Of a stretch of 64,000 bases of DNA, positions 12,670 through 25,527 are shown piece by piece; the first letter of the stretch is position 1; each line of letters begins with the position of its first letter. Where the stretch lies: assembly GCF_009914755.1 (NCBI RefSeq), contig NC_060947.1; one strand, written 5' to 3'. The notes under the pieces are model-generated. The model made no database searches. It saw only the letters and a list, made by a program, of their open reading frames with translations, and had not been told where the DNA came from. The DNA comes from the human T2T-CHM13v2.0 reference genome, Homo sapiens. The translations under genes were made by a program, and so were the position numbers.

Positions 12670-13571
12670 TTAAACATTGTTTAACATAATTTTTATCAAA
12701 TTCCAGCAAGATTTTTGTAGATACATATGAGATAATTCTAAAATTCACATGGAAAGAAAATGAGTGAGTATGGCTAAAACAGTATCGAATAAAAAAGAAT
12801 AAGGTGGAAAGAATGTATCTACCTAATTTCAAGACTTTTTATATACTTACTGTAATCAAGAGTGTGTGGTATTGGCAGAGGGCTAGCCACAGATCACTGA
12901 AACAGAATAGAGAACCCAGAAATGGTCTTACACAAGTATGACCAGCTTAGCTGACTTTTGACAAAGGTGCAAAAAGAATTTAATAGGGGAAGTGCAGTTT
13001 TTTCAAGAAACAATGCTGGAGCAATTGGATATTCATAGGAAAACAAAAATGGACCTTGTCCTAAATCTCACACCTTATACAAAAATGAACTCAAAATGCA
13101 TCATAGATTTAAATATAAAAAATAAAACTTTAAAACTTTTAGAAGAAGGCATAGAGGAGAATCTTTGGGGCTTCAGGATTAGTGAAGAATTCTTAGAAAT
13201 GGTAATAAAAAGCACAATCCATAGAAGAAAAGTAACTTCTGGGTTTTGATTGGAATTGCATTGAATCTATAGATCAATTGGAAAGAACTGAAATCTTGAT
13301 ATAATTGAGTTGTTCTATCCATCTCCATGGAATATCTCTCCATTTATTTAGATCTTTGATTTCTTTTATCAGAGTTTTGTAGTTTTCTTCATGCAGACCT
13401 TGTGCCTATTTCACTAAATTTATACCTAAGTGTTTAATTTTGGGGAAGCTAAAGTAAATGTTTTTTTTCTGTTTCATTGATTTTTGCTCATACCTTAGTT
13501 ATTTCCTTCCTTCTATTTGCTTTGTGTTTATTTTGTCGTCTTTTTCTAGTTTCTATTTTTTTCACTATCTT

Positions 13572-13716
13572 CTTTTTTTAGAGACAGGATCTCACTCTGT
13601 CACAGTAATGTGATCATAGTTCACTGTAGCCTTGAACTCCTGGGCTCAAGCAATTCTCCCACCTCAGCCTCCTGAGTAGCTAGAACTAAAAGTGCTCACC
13701 AGCCACCATGTCCAGC
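13572..13716 (-). mobile_element. Alu monomer (FRAM/FLAM-like)
   Basis: tttagagacaggatctcactctgtcac...ccaccatgtccagc. Degenerate TSD ttttctagtttct / ttgtctagtttct. Confidence 0.8.
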
Positions 13717-15744
13717 TTTTGTCTAGTTTCTTAAGGTGGGAGTTTAGATTATTTATTTGAGAGCTTCCTGTTTTCTAATGTATACATTAGGATAAATTTT
13801 GCTCTCAGCACTACTTATCTGCATCCCACAAATTTGGTATTTTGTTCCTTTTGTACTGTTCAATGTACTTTTACCTTCAATATTATTTCTCTAATGCTCT
13901 TCCTTTATGTAGCTCTGCATTTCTGACCTATATGATTTCCCTTGTATCTGAAGGACTTTTCAACATTTCTTGAAAGGCAGTTCTACTGGCAACAAATTCC
14001 TTCAATTTTTGTCTGAAAAAGTCTATTTCTCCTTCACATTTGAAGGATAATTTCACTGAGTACAGAATTCTGGGTTGGTATTGTTTGTTTTTTCCTCTCA
14101 ACACTTTAAATATTTCATTCTACTGCCTTCTTGCTTGCATAGTTTCTGAGGAAAAGTCAGATTTAATTCTTATTTTTGCTCCTCTGTAATTAAGGTATTT
14201 GTTTTCCCCCTCTGGCTTCTTTCAAGTCTTTTTCTTTATCAATGATTTTTACAGTTTGAGTATGATATGCCTAGGTGTAGTTTTTTTTATTGTTTGTTTT
14301 GCATTTATCCTGCTTGGTGTACGCCAAGCATTGTGGATCTGTGGTTTGATATGTTACATTAATTTAGGGAAAATTCTCAGTTATTATGGTTTTGAATATT
14401 TCTTCTGTTCTATTTTCCCTTTTTTTCTCTTTCTGGTGGTATTCCCATTAGACATATGTTACACCTGTTATATTTGTCCCACAGTTGTTGTATATTATGT
14501 TCCATTTTTAATCAATATTTTTGTTTTATGCTCTCCAGTTTTGGAAGTTTCTATTGATATATCATCAAGTTCAGAAATTATTTCCACAGCCATGTCCAGT
14601 CTGCTAATGAGACCATCAAAAGCTTTCTTCATTTCAGTTACTGTTTTTGGTCTCTAGCATTTGTTTTTTATCCTTTCTTAGAATGTTCATGCCTCTGCTT
14701 ACATTACCATTCTGTTCTTGTATGTTGTCTACTTTTTCCATTAGTGCCCTTAGCATGTTAATCATAGTTCTTCCCAATTCCTCGTCTGACGATTCTAACA
14801 TCCCTGTCATGTATGAATGTAGTTCTGATGCTTGCTCTGTCTCTTCAAATTCTTTCTTTGTTTTGTTGTTTTGCTTTTGTTTGTTTGTTTTTTGCCTTTT
14901 GTTATGCCTTGTCATTTTTATTAAAAGTTGAACGTGATGTACTGGGTTAAAAGAACTAAAAGAACTAGGCATTTGGCGATGTAGTGTTCAGGTTAGGAGG
15001 AAGTTAAAGCATCCTATAGTCCTATGATGAGATCTCAGTCTTTTAGTGAATCTTTGCCGTGGCCTGTGAACTTTTGAAGTGCTTATCAGTTTTTCCTCTA
15101 CCTTAGGTGGGACAAGATGGCTAAAGGGGGCTGTATTTGGTTATTATTGTTGTTTACTTTTGCCCTAGGATAGTTAGGTCATGATAAAATCCCAATAGGT
15201 TAGGCTCTGGTAAAATATTTGCTCTTAAAAGCAGGCTTTCTTAACAGAACGTTCTAATGTTTCTTAAAAATTGTTACTTTTCCATTCTTCCTGTCAAGAG
15301 CATGAGGGAGTTTTTCTCCAATATTCACAGTGAGAATCTGATACAGCCTCTGGGAGTAAAACTCACAAAAGTGTCACCCCCTCCATGATTGTACACCCTG
15401 GAATTCCTAACTTTCAGACTTGTCTACACTGAGCCTCCAGCAATTCATCAGTTACAGTTTAGGTTTTCCTGCCTTGGTAATGGTTCCCATGGAGGTTTCT
15501 GCTCATGGAATTCTGCTCCAGTAAGTTGTGATTCTCTGTATCTGCCTATTTGTCTCACCAATTTTGGGGTCAGTGGTTTGCCCTGTACCTTCACTTATCT
15601 GTCATATCTAAGAAGAATTGTTGATTTTCAGTTTGTTCAACGTTTTATTTGTTAAGATGAACTGACAACTTCTAGGCTCCTCACATGCCAGACCAGAAAC
15701 TAGAAGTCCAATTTCATTTTATTCCCTTATGACTTATTTAAAAA

Positions 15745-15745
15745 T

Positions 15746-15803
<58 letters not shown>

Positions 15804-15949
15804 GTTAGGGTTAGGCATTAAGGGAGTTAGGAGCTAGGGTTAGGGTTGTTACATATATGTATAAATGTGTGTGTGTATATATATATATACACACATACAT
15901 AAGCATATAGATGTATATATATGTGTATATATGTACATCTATATGTTTA

Positions 15950-15990
<41 letters not shown>

Positions 15991-16066
15991 AACCCTAACC
16001 CCTAACCCCCTTAACCCTTGACCTTAACCCTAGCCCTGTGTGTGTGTGTGTGTGTGTGCACACACA
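15745..16066. repeat. Compound (TA)/(TG) microsatellite containing an imperfect palindrome with inverted TTAGGG-like / CCCTAA-like arrays
   Basis: ggttagggttaggc...ctagggttagggttgtt (15803-15850) and aacaaccctaacccctaa...ttaaccctagccc (15988-16036) flank near-perfect inverted arms. Confidence 0.9.
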
Positions 16067-16430
16067 CCATAGAATACTACTCAGTCTTAAAAAAAGAATA
16101 AAATCATGTCTTTTGTAGTAACATAAATGGAACTACAGGCCATTATTCTAAGTGAAATAACTCAAACAGAAAGTCAAATAACACATGATATCACTTGTAA
16201 GTGGGTGCTAAACAGTGGGTATTCATGGCAATAGAGAGTGGAATAATAGACAATGAAAACTCTAAAACATGGGAGGGTAGAAGAGGGGTGAGGGTTGAAA
16301 AATCACCTGTTGGGTACAATGTTCACTATTCGAGTGACAGGTACACTCAAAGCCCAGACTTCACCACCACACAATATATGTGTGTAACAAAACTGCACTT
16401 ATACCCCAAAACCTATAAAAACTGAAAAAA
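16062..16430 (+). mobile_element. L1PB-like 3' end
   Basis: caccatagaatactactcag...gggtacaatgttcactattcgagtgacaggtacac...aaaactgcacttatacccc. Confidence 0.8.
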
Positions 16431-16431
16431 G

Positions 16432-17364
16432 ACTCCCTCTTTGACCCACGGATTATTTAGAAATGTCTTGCATAACCTCTAAGTGTATGGAAATTTTTCT
16501 GATATCTTTCTGTTATTGATTTCTACTTTGATGCAATAGTGGTCAGGAACATATTCTGTATGATTTAGATTTTTAAAATTTATTGAGGTTTGTCTTGTGG
16601 TCCAGGATTTACTCTTTTTGTGTATTCCATGAGCACTTGAAAAGTGTGTATTTTATTTTTGTTGGGTTGTGCATTCTACTAGTCAATTACACCCTATGGA
16701 TTGAGGGTGTTTTGGGGTTCTATATTACTAATATTCTTCTATGTAATAACTGTAGCAGCTGTTGAGAGAAGGCTGATGAAATCTCCAAATATAATTTTGG
16801 ATTTGCTTATTCTTCTTTTGAGAATTTTTAGTTGTTGCTTCACATATTTTGTAGTTCTGTGATATCTGATGTATACACATTCAGAATTGCAATGTCTCCT
16901 TGATAAAATTTACCCTGTTATTATTATACAGTGTCCCACTTTGTCCCCTGTAATTTCCTTTGCTCTGAAGTTTACTTTATCCGATATTATTGTATCAACT
17001 CCTGCTTTATTTTGATTCATGTTTGCATTCTATATGTTTTCTATCTTTTTACTTTCAAACTACACATATCATGATATTTTAATTTATTGTAGACAACATC
17101 AAGTTAGGTCATTTTTAAAAATCCAATTTGCAAATTTCTGTATTTTAGTTTGTGAATTTAGACCATTTAAATTTAATGCAATTATTTCTATGTTAAAGCG
17201 TCAATATGTCATTTCATTTTCTGCCTTCATTTCTTTTAGTGTATTTTGTTGTATTTTTCCCCTGCATTCCTGTGGGGTATTTTTAAATATTTAGAATTCC
17301 ATTTATATTTATGTATAGAACTTTTCTGTATCCCTTTGTATGACTTTTTAGTGATTGATCCAGG

Positions 17365-17409
<45 letters not shown>

Positions 17410-18232
17410 ATCTATCTATCTTATGACAGTCACAAGAGGGTAAATTCCAGGTTGTCCACTGGACTTCCATTGACATCCAGTGGGGAAAGAGACTTCTTTT
17501 ACTCCTGGGTGGAGTTGGGAGCCCAGGAGCTCCAGTAGGCATCTTCTGATACCACCCCAATGAGGAGGAGGAAGGGCTCATCATCACCTCTAAGTGCAGG
17601 AGGGGATAAAAGTCTTCTAGTGACATTGCAAGGGAATGGTGGAGGAAGGATTTTTATTCCAGCTCTCCACTCTTTCTTATCTGACACCATCCCATCAGTG
17701 AGTGTTTTTTGTTTGTTGGTTTGTTTTGTTTTGTTTTGCTTTGCGGGGGTGGGGGCATCTAGCTGTTCCACAGCCTGGTGAGGCAGAAGTCTTGGTCCTC
17801 CATTTGGCCTTTTCTTGTAGGGGTGGGTGTGGCTGCAGTTTTTCCCCGTGGTATTTGGCTGGAGTAAAGAAGTCATTATCTAAACATTTTCTGTCATGTT
17901 AGACTGCCCTTTTCCTGGTTCTTGGCTGAGAGAGGCCAGGCTTTTCTTTTTCTTTCCTTTTTCCATTTGTTTGCACCTATTGGTGTTTCTTGATTGTTGG
18001 CTTTTCCAGTATCTATTCTGGGGTATATGAAGCAAAAGAAAACCCAGGAAACTCACCATTGTGTGAGTGTCATTCATGGGGTCCCATGGTCCCTAGCAGA
18101 TGTGACTTCTTTCCACCCTTCAGAGTCTTCTTATGTTTGCTATTTATATAATGTCCAGGGATATTAGTTCTACTTAATGAGAAGAATAGGGAAAATTATG
18201 TCCACTCCATTTTCTCAGAAGCAACAGTCTGA
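16432..18232 (-). mobile_element. Old L1M (MC/MD-like) endonuclease-region and 5' fragments
   Basis: gatatctttctgttattgatttct...gatgaaatctccaaatataatt...; degenerate antisense L1 motifs. Confidence 0.6.
17365..17420. repeat. (TATC)n / GATA tetranucleotide STR
   Basis: Directly visible ctatctatct... run. Confidence 0.95.
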
Positions 18233-18831
18233 AACCAGTTTTATTCCCACGTTTCTTACGCAATTTTCAGAAAGACCACTTTATATGACTCGAATTTGTA
18301 ACCTTTCTAGTTTTGCCATGTCAAGAAGGATTCTTAAAACCTAAAGTAGTGTAGAAAACCACTAAATAACAGTTTAGACTTTCAGCTGTAAATTTGATTA
18401 TGATGCCTTTTATACCAACTAGAATTTCTTCTATACAATAGGGCTACATAAATACAAAGCCACCTTAGATACTCTTTGTGTAAATAAAAAACATGAATGA
18501 AGTTAAATTTTATACTTGGTTAGATTTCAAAAAATATGCAGGGCAAAACAGAAGAACTATTTAGTTAGTCCAAAAAGACGAATTCTTCTTTATATTTGAT
18601 GGGGGGAATTTTCCCTTCAAGTTTATGAAATGTAGTTCCTTGGATGTGTTTAGCATTGACACTAAATGTGAAGTTTGAAACACATGAATTACTTTGTACA
18701 CACCAAAGAGAAAATTGCCTAGTATGAAATAAAAATCTGTATGGATACTAATTTTCTTAGCTTTGATAATTTCTTTCATAGGAGAAATACTAGTTTAAAA
18801 AGGAGAATTCCATTTATTTTTTCCTTTTAAC

Positions 18832-19047
18832 ACTTTTTTATTTTTAATTTTTGTAGGTATATATTAGGTGTATATATTTACGAGGCACATGAGACATTTT
18901 GGTACAGGCATGCAAAGCATAATAATCACATCATGGAACACTGGGTATTCATCCCCTCAAGCATTTATCCTTTGTGTTACAAACAGTCCAATTATACTTT
19001 TAGTGATTTTATAATGTACAATTAAATTATTATTGACTCTAGCACCC
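18832..19047 (-). mobile_element. L1MA2/3-like 3' end
   Basis: atcccctcaagcatttatcctttgtgttacaaacagtccaattatac; mirrors the 3' end of the L1MA at ~49200. Confidence 0.8.
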
Positions 19048-19613
19048 AATTTCTCATTACATCCATCATAACGTTGAAAATGGATTGCTATAATTCAGAA
19101 AAGATAAAGAATGGCAATTTCTTACTAAAGCTTCTTAAAATTGTCATGTAATCTCTCTATTTTCTACTCATGAACACAACAAATTGTAAATGCAGAAGCT
19201 TTTCTTTTACAATAATCTTAGCCACCAATAGTTGTGAAAATGATGGTATGAGCAGAAGGAGGAAAAGACCAGTCTCCCTAGGATGATTTTTGCTCCATTT
19301 GGGTCATAAAAGCTGGGGAAGAGTGAAGAAAAAAAAAGCAGAAACGAAGTTTCTATTTATCTTCCACTTCTTTTGCACCCTTTTTGAGAGAAATGAGTGA
19401 TTATAAAATGTACAATGATAAAGGTAAAACAATATGTTATGTGAATATTGGAAGTATGTGATATTTTATTGTAAATTAAAGCTAAAATATTTCCTCTTTG
19501 GATATTCCTCAAAACTAGAAGGCACTAGAAAAATGATTCAATGTATAAATACAATGCTAATGGGTTTAGTACATTTTTACAGAATCATGGATAACTGAGT
19601 TAATCCTGGAGTC

Positions 19614-19954
19614 TGCTCTGGCCTGAATATTTGTCTCCCCTACTCCAAATTAACGTGTTAAAATCCTAACCCCCAAGGTACTAGTGTTAAAAGGTGAGAC
19701 CTTTTGGAGGTAAATAGGTAATGAGAATGGGTCTCTCATAAATGTAGTGCTTTTATAAAGGAGACCCCAGGGAGACTCCTTGCCCCTTCTGCCATGAGAG
19801 GTTACAGCAAAAAGATAGCTGTCTAGGAAGTGGGCTTTCCATACTTCTGACCTTCCAGCACCTTGGTCTTTGATTCCTCAGCCTCCAGAACAATTAAGAA
19901 TAAATTTCTGTTGTTTATAAGACAACCAATCTATAATATTGTATTATAGCAGGC
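19614..19954 (+). mobile_element. MaLR LTR (MLT1A/MSTD-like)
   Basis: tgctctggcctgaatatttgtctcccc...cagcctccagaac...aataaatttctgttgtttataag. Confidence 0.8.
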
Positions 19955-20145
19955 TGTGATAGTTAATTTTATGTGTCAATATAACTGAGCTAAATGTTTC
20001 CCAGATAGATAGCTGGCAAAACATTATTTCTAGGTGTGTCCCTGAGATTGTTACTGGCAGAGATTAGAATTTGAGTATATAGACTGTTAAGAAGATCACT
20101 TTTACTAATGTGAGTGGGTATCATACAATCTGTTGAGCGTCTGAA
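19955..20145 (+). mobile_element. ERVL LTR 5' fragment (MLT2-like)
   Basis: tgtgatagttaattttatgtgtcaa...aaacattatttctaggtgtgtc. Confidence 0.8.
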
Positions 20146-20779
20146 GTTTCCATCCTCTTTTTGCATGAAAATATCAGGGATATAAAACATACCACTCTGA
20201 AAGGTTCCCAGTTGGTTTTGTAAGTGTTTTCATAATGCTCTTCCTTAAACTGAACCAATATCTATGGTTTTATTTCATTGAGGTATTGTTTCCAGTTCTT
20301 TGCTTCAGATCTTCTTCACCCTGAACTCTCCCTTCTACATTCCAGCTATCAATTATGTGAATGGTATTTTTTTCACTGTTTCAGATTAGAAACCCCTACT
20401 TTAAAATATTTAGGTTTTTCAACCATTTTATATGATCAATGGACAAGTTATTTTATCACTCTAAGCCTCAGATTATTTATGTGCAAAATTAGGAAAATAA
20501 TTTCCAAATTCTTTACTTTCCTGAATAATAAATTTCCCACCAGAATGGTCACAAATCTAAAAATAGTAGTGAATCTTTTCAACCAGAACACCTATGTATT
20601 AACACCACAAACATAATGGCTATTAAAAATGAGTACTCTAAAGCCCTGTACATTTCTAAGTATCTTTCTATTAAACAATATGAAGCTATATTCCAAACTT
20701 TTATTTTAAATGTAGTTATTTAAATGTAGTATTTGTTAGTTCATGTATGCTATATATAGAGGGTACACTTTTCTGTTAG

Positions 20780-20960
20780 ATATTCATTCATTCATTCCAC
20801 ATATATTACTGAAAATTTACTATGTACCAAACACTGTTTCTGGTGCTTGGGATGGTGAATATAATAGGTGAATATAATAGGTATAGTCTTTTCCTCAGGG
20901 AACTTAAATGTATAAATATAGATGATAAACAACAGAAATGCATATGTACAGGTGATAAGC
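20780..20960 (-). mobile_element. L2 3' end
   Basis: (attc)n tail then tattactgaaaatttactatgtaccaaacactgtttct. Confidence 0.65.
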
Positions 20961-21049
20961 AAATAGAAAAACAAATATAAATTATAAAATTTGACCAAGT
21001 GTTATGGATAAAAAGAACACGCTAGAATATTTAGCTGCAATCATCACAT

Positions 21050-21215
21050 AGTGTTGTAAAGTTTTTTCCAAATTTACCTGATCTTAAGAATAATTTGGGG
21101 AAGGGAAACATAAAGATTCTCTGGGCCTTTCTTGCAAATTCTGTTTCGGTAGGTCTAGAATAGGGTGATCTATATTTTTAAGAAGTATCCAAGTTATTTC
21201 TTATGGTAAGGCATA
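21050..21215. mobile_element. hAT-Charlie MER5-family DNA transposon fossil
   Basis: ttccaaatttacctgatcttaagaat...aaattctgtttcggtaggtctagaatagg...tatatttttaagaag. Confidence 0.5.
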
Positions 21216-21262
21216 CACTAGTAAGGTGGAACTGGGAATAATGTTAGATTGGGAATAAAGAG

Positions 21263-21276
21263 ACATATATATATAT

Positions 21277-21329
<53 letters not shown>

Positions 21330-21361
21330 CATACACACACGCACACACACACACATATATA
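21263..21361. repeat. (TA)n(CA)n compound microsatellite
   Basis: Directly visible. Confidence 0.95.
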
Positions 21362-21874
21362 GGCATTGAACTCAACCCCAAGGTGCCCCCCCAGCTCTAA
21401 ATCAATGTGTGTAATAGATAATAGGGAGTTTGCCATATACTGTATAAACATTGTTCCATTTCAAGGCATTTCAAATCTAGCCATGCTCCTTTGAAAATAA
21501 ATATAATCTAAAATATAAAAACATAAAGTTGTTTTCTATGAACTTTATTTAAGTCCCGCAAAATGTATCTCAATCATAAAATATGTTGATTCTATCAATA
21601 TTTGACCATGCAAGGGTACACTTTAATGTATGTCCACTATAACCATAACACAGATGGAAAGGACAGGCATTAAACTGAATTGTAGCAAGATGGAGCAGTG
21701 GGGAACTAATTGTCCTCGAGGACTTAACAGTGCTTCCAACTTATTGTCCACATGTAATATCTCAAAATATTTCTCCAATGTATTATCCTCATTTAGGAAT
21801 AATTGATCACACTAAATTTCAAGTTCCTTGAGAGAGTTGCATTTTTCCAATGGCACTTAGAAAAGTTCTGGCAC

Positions 21875-22250
21875 ATACATAAAAAATGATGAGTTCAGGT
21901 CCTTTATAGGGACATGGATGAAGCTGGAAACCATCATTCTCAGCAAACTATCGCAGGGACAAAAAACCAAACACCGCATGTTCTCACTCATAGGTGGGAA
22001 TTGAACAATGAGAAGACTTGGACACAGGAAGGGGAATATCACACACCAGGGCCTGTCGTGGGGTGGGAGGAGGGGGGAGGGATAGCATTAGGAGATATAC
22101 CTAATGTAAATGACGAGTTAATGAGTGCAGCACACCAACATGGCACAAGTATACGCACGTAACAAACCTGCACATTGTGCACAGGTACCCTAGAACTTAA
22201 AGTATAATAAAAATAATAATACTAAAGGAATGTAGCAGGACAAAAAAAAA
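21875..22250 (+). mobile_element. 5'-truncated L1PA (L1PA4-6-like) with TSD and a short 3' extension
   Basis: L1PA 3'UTR (gggatagcattaggagatatacctaatg...aacttaaagtataataa). TSD aaaagttctggcac at 21861-21874 and 22251-22264. Confidence 0.92.
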
Positions 22251-22906
22251 AAAAGTTCTGGCACCTAATAGGTGTCCAGTTTACCTTTGCTAAATGAGTA
22301 AGTCGGTAAATAGGCACTAACCTGTAAATGGCATTTCAAGATGAAGAAAAACATGCACATAATTAACAATCATTGACAAGGTCAAAGAAAAAGTATACCA
22401 AGTTTGCTTCCTATACTTCTTAGAAGTACAAGACATTAAAAAAAAATCTGAAACTTTCAAATTATACCGTAAGTAATGGTTAACTAGACATCCTAAGGTG
22501 AAGTTCATTTTGGTGATTAGTAATTAGAATGTATATTAGACTTAAAAACATATAAATAGTTTTTCCTGAAATCTCAAGAATATATTTATGTTGCAAACAT
22601 ATTCTCCCTTAGAGTAATTTACCATATGTTACAGAAGAGGTCCTCTTAAAACATATCACCTCCAAATTTTCTCTCTGCCATGAGCATTCTAGTATGTTGG
22701 AAAATCATGAGAAACAAAAGGATAGTAAACAGTTCCTTATTCTTTCATCTAATATGAGTCTGAACAAATATTAAGCAAGAAGAAAATGGTAAAATTCTTC
22801 CTCCTTTTTCACAGATTACGATCTTTGTGTAGGAATAAGAAACTCTGTATATAGTAATGCCAAAGGGGGAACTGATGTTAATAGTTTTGGCCATTTTTCA
22901 CAGTAA

Positions 22907-23270
<364 letters not shown>

Positions 23271-24049
23271 CTCCTGTGGATATCTTATCTTTATTTTGGG
23301 AGTGTATGTTTTTAAAGAGATTCTGTCCGTGTCTCCTCTCTTGCAGTATGGCTGTCTCAAGGAGGCTCTATGGCTGTCCATAGAACCTGAACACTGTTGT
23401 CATGGCACAAGGTACTTATTAGTACCAGAGGCATGATGAAGTTTTTTAAAAAATGAAAAACTCAGTAGAGAAATTGGAGAATAAATTAAGGGATATCTTG
23501 CTGAAAGTAGAGCAAAAGGAAAAACAGATTGGAAGTGGAAATCTTAGAGTCCAGGTGCATAAAATAACCAATTCAGTTGGAGCAGATCAGAAAAATGCCA
23601 GGAGCTATTTCTCTAAGATGATGGAATTATTATATTACCAATGAGTATGAATGTGTTGAAAGGAGACTTAGGCAACTGGGAAAGGGTTTAAAGATAAATT
23701 AGTAGTGAGTACCTAGAAAATAACTCAAGCAAACATATGAATATCAAAAGCATAAATTAAGTAAATTATGAACTACAGGGAAATAAAACAATGCTAAGTT
23801 ATGCAGAAAAGGAAAAAATGATATTTCACTACATAATTCAAATGTGTAAAGCATTTACATAGTCATAATAATGAATACCAAGCTGACCAAAGTTATAGGA
23901 GGATAAGGAGAGAGGAATTATGCATGTAAGTGAACAGATCAATGAGGAAATCTTAAAGAGATTTTTTTTTAAACTTTGCATTTCACAGTGAAAAATCAAT
24001 AGACTATGCCCAACATTGAACAAATCAGGAAGTTGCAATGTAAACATAT

Positions 24050-24537
24050 AAGAGAGACTGCTGTCTATTCCCCATATTTGTCCTCACCTTCCAGAATAAT
24101 AGAAGATTTAGCTGGGCACATGGTTGCTCACAGTAAAATTACATTTGCAGCTTCTCTTGTAGTTTGGTATGACCATGTGACTAATCTTTAGCCAATGGGA
24201 TATAAGTGAACAGATCTCATGGCAGTTTCCAGAAATCCTTGTTAAAAGACAGCTGGTGAACAGCCTTTGCCCCTTATTCTTCTCCCTCTCTGTCATGCTG
24301 CCTTGAGTATGTATGCTATCATTTTGGGCCTTGATAAAAAGGGCCACATCACAGGGACAGCGGAATGGAAACTGGAAGGCATCAGGGTTTTTGTGGATAT
24401 TGTAGAGCCAAACTGCCATGCTAGCTGTAAATTGCATATACATGGACTTATACATGGAATTGAAATATCTTGTCTAAGCCATTGTTACTTTTGGGTCTTT
24501 TTAATACTTACAGCTAAACCTAATTCTAATTAATACA
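24050..24537 (+). mobile_element. Old MaLR LTR (MLT1J-like) within L1ME remnants
   Basis: tacatttgcagcttctcttgtagtttggtatgaccatgtgactaa...ttacagctaaacctaattctaattaataca end. Confidence 0.7.
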
Positions 24538-25087
24538 ACACATCATTCATAGATGAAAGTAAATACTGAAGGAAATAACTAAAAGTGGAAAGTGGTTCAA
24601 CTCGGGCTATTGCAAAATGGTAGGAAGGAAGGAGTGAGGAATGTTGGTGTTGTAGCAAATTCTACAGAACTTGACTTCCTAAGCTATATACGTATATAAC
24701 TTTGATTTAAAAAAAATAAAAATGACAATGACAACAAGAACACATGCTCTACATTTCCCTATTTTTGGCTGTTGCTTAAGCTCCTCATACTATGACTCTA
24801 CTCCAATTCCTCTTCAGTCATTTTTTTTCTTGTGTCATCCCTCTTGCTAGACTCTGAGCTCCTTAAAATAGAAATAATGTCTAATGCACTTCTCTCTCCT
24901 TGTTAGTATACTTTAACACATAGCAGCATGCTCAACAAACACAGTATTGAATTTGATTTTCCATCTGGATTCTAACAAGAAAAAGCAAGACTCTGAACAG
25001 GGCAGTACTTATTTTGAGAATAGTATTTATTTTCAGAAATCTCTACTCAAAAATTCTCTCTATATTGCTCTTTTCTTCATATATATA

Positions 25088-25212
25088 TGAGATAAGAGCT
25101 GGAGTCTCATTAGGTTGTCCTGGCTGCACTTGAACTCTTGGGCTCAAGTGATCCTTCCACCTCAGCCTTCTGAGTGGCTGGGACTACAGGTATGTACTAC
25201 CAAGCCTGGCTC
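25088..25212 (-). mobile_element. FLAM Alu monomer
   Basis: ttgaactcttgggctcaagtgatccttccacctcagcc...caagcctggc. Confidence 0.75.
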
Positions 25213-25262
25213 TTTGTCACTTCTTTAATATACTTCCCTCTTGATCTACTGAGATGATCCTC

Positions 25263-25459
25263 CAGTGTGTGTACTGGTGTCAACCTACACTTGCTCACAA
25301 GCGTCAACTGTTAGCATCTCTTCCCAACTCTGTGTTGAGTGAGACATGGAATCAGCTGTGGTAGGAATCTTTACACCACGGAAATCAGCAAATACTATTA
25401 ATTAAGGCTTTTTTTTTCCTTAAAGAATTGATTGCTAAGTACTTACCAGCACTACCACT
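25263..25459 (+). mobile_element. MER63-like hAT DNA transposon
   Basis: cagtgtgtgtactgg...catctcttcccaactc...tttacaccacggaaatcagcaaat...ttaccagcactaccact (TIR-like ends). Confidence 0.7.
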
Positions 25460-25527
25460 TTCAAAATTTTATCTTTTAAATGGAACATAAACTACTGTTC
25501 CAATGATTGATCAGTATAATTTTTAAA

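Larger units (their letters stand above)
11585..15710 (-). mobile_element. Rearranged old L1M (L1MC/MD-like): 3' region 11585-12450, inverted ORF2 block ~12690-13235, ORF2/ORF1 remnants and L1MD-like 5' end to ~15710
   Basis: Antisense L1 motifs throughout. ORF1-like remnant in ORF 14634..14972(-) (…MINMLRALMEKVDNIQEQNGNVSRGMNILRK…). 5' terminus gacttctagtttctggtctggcatg on the minus strand. Confidence 0.75.
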
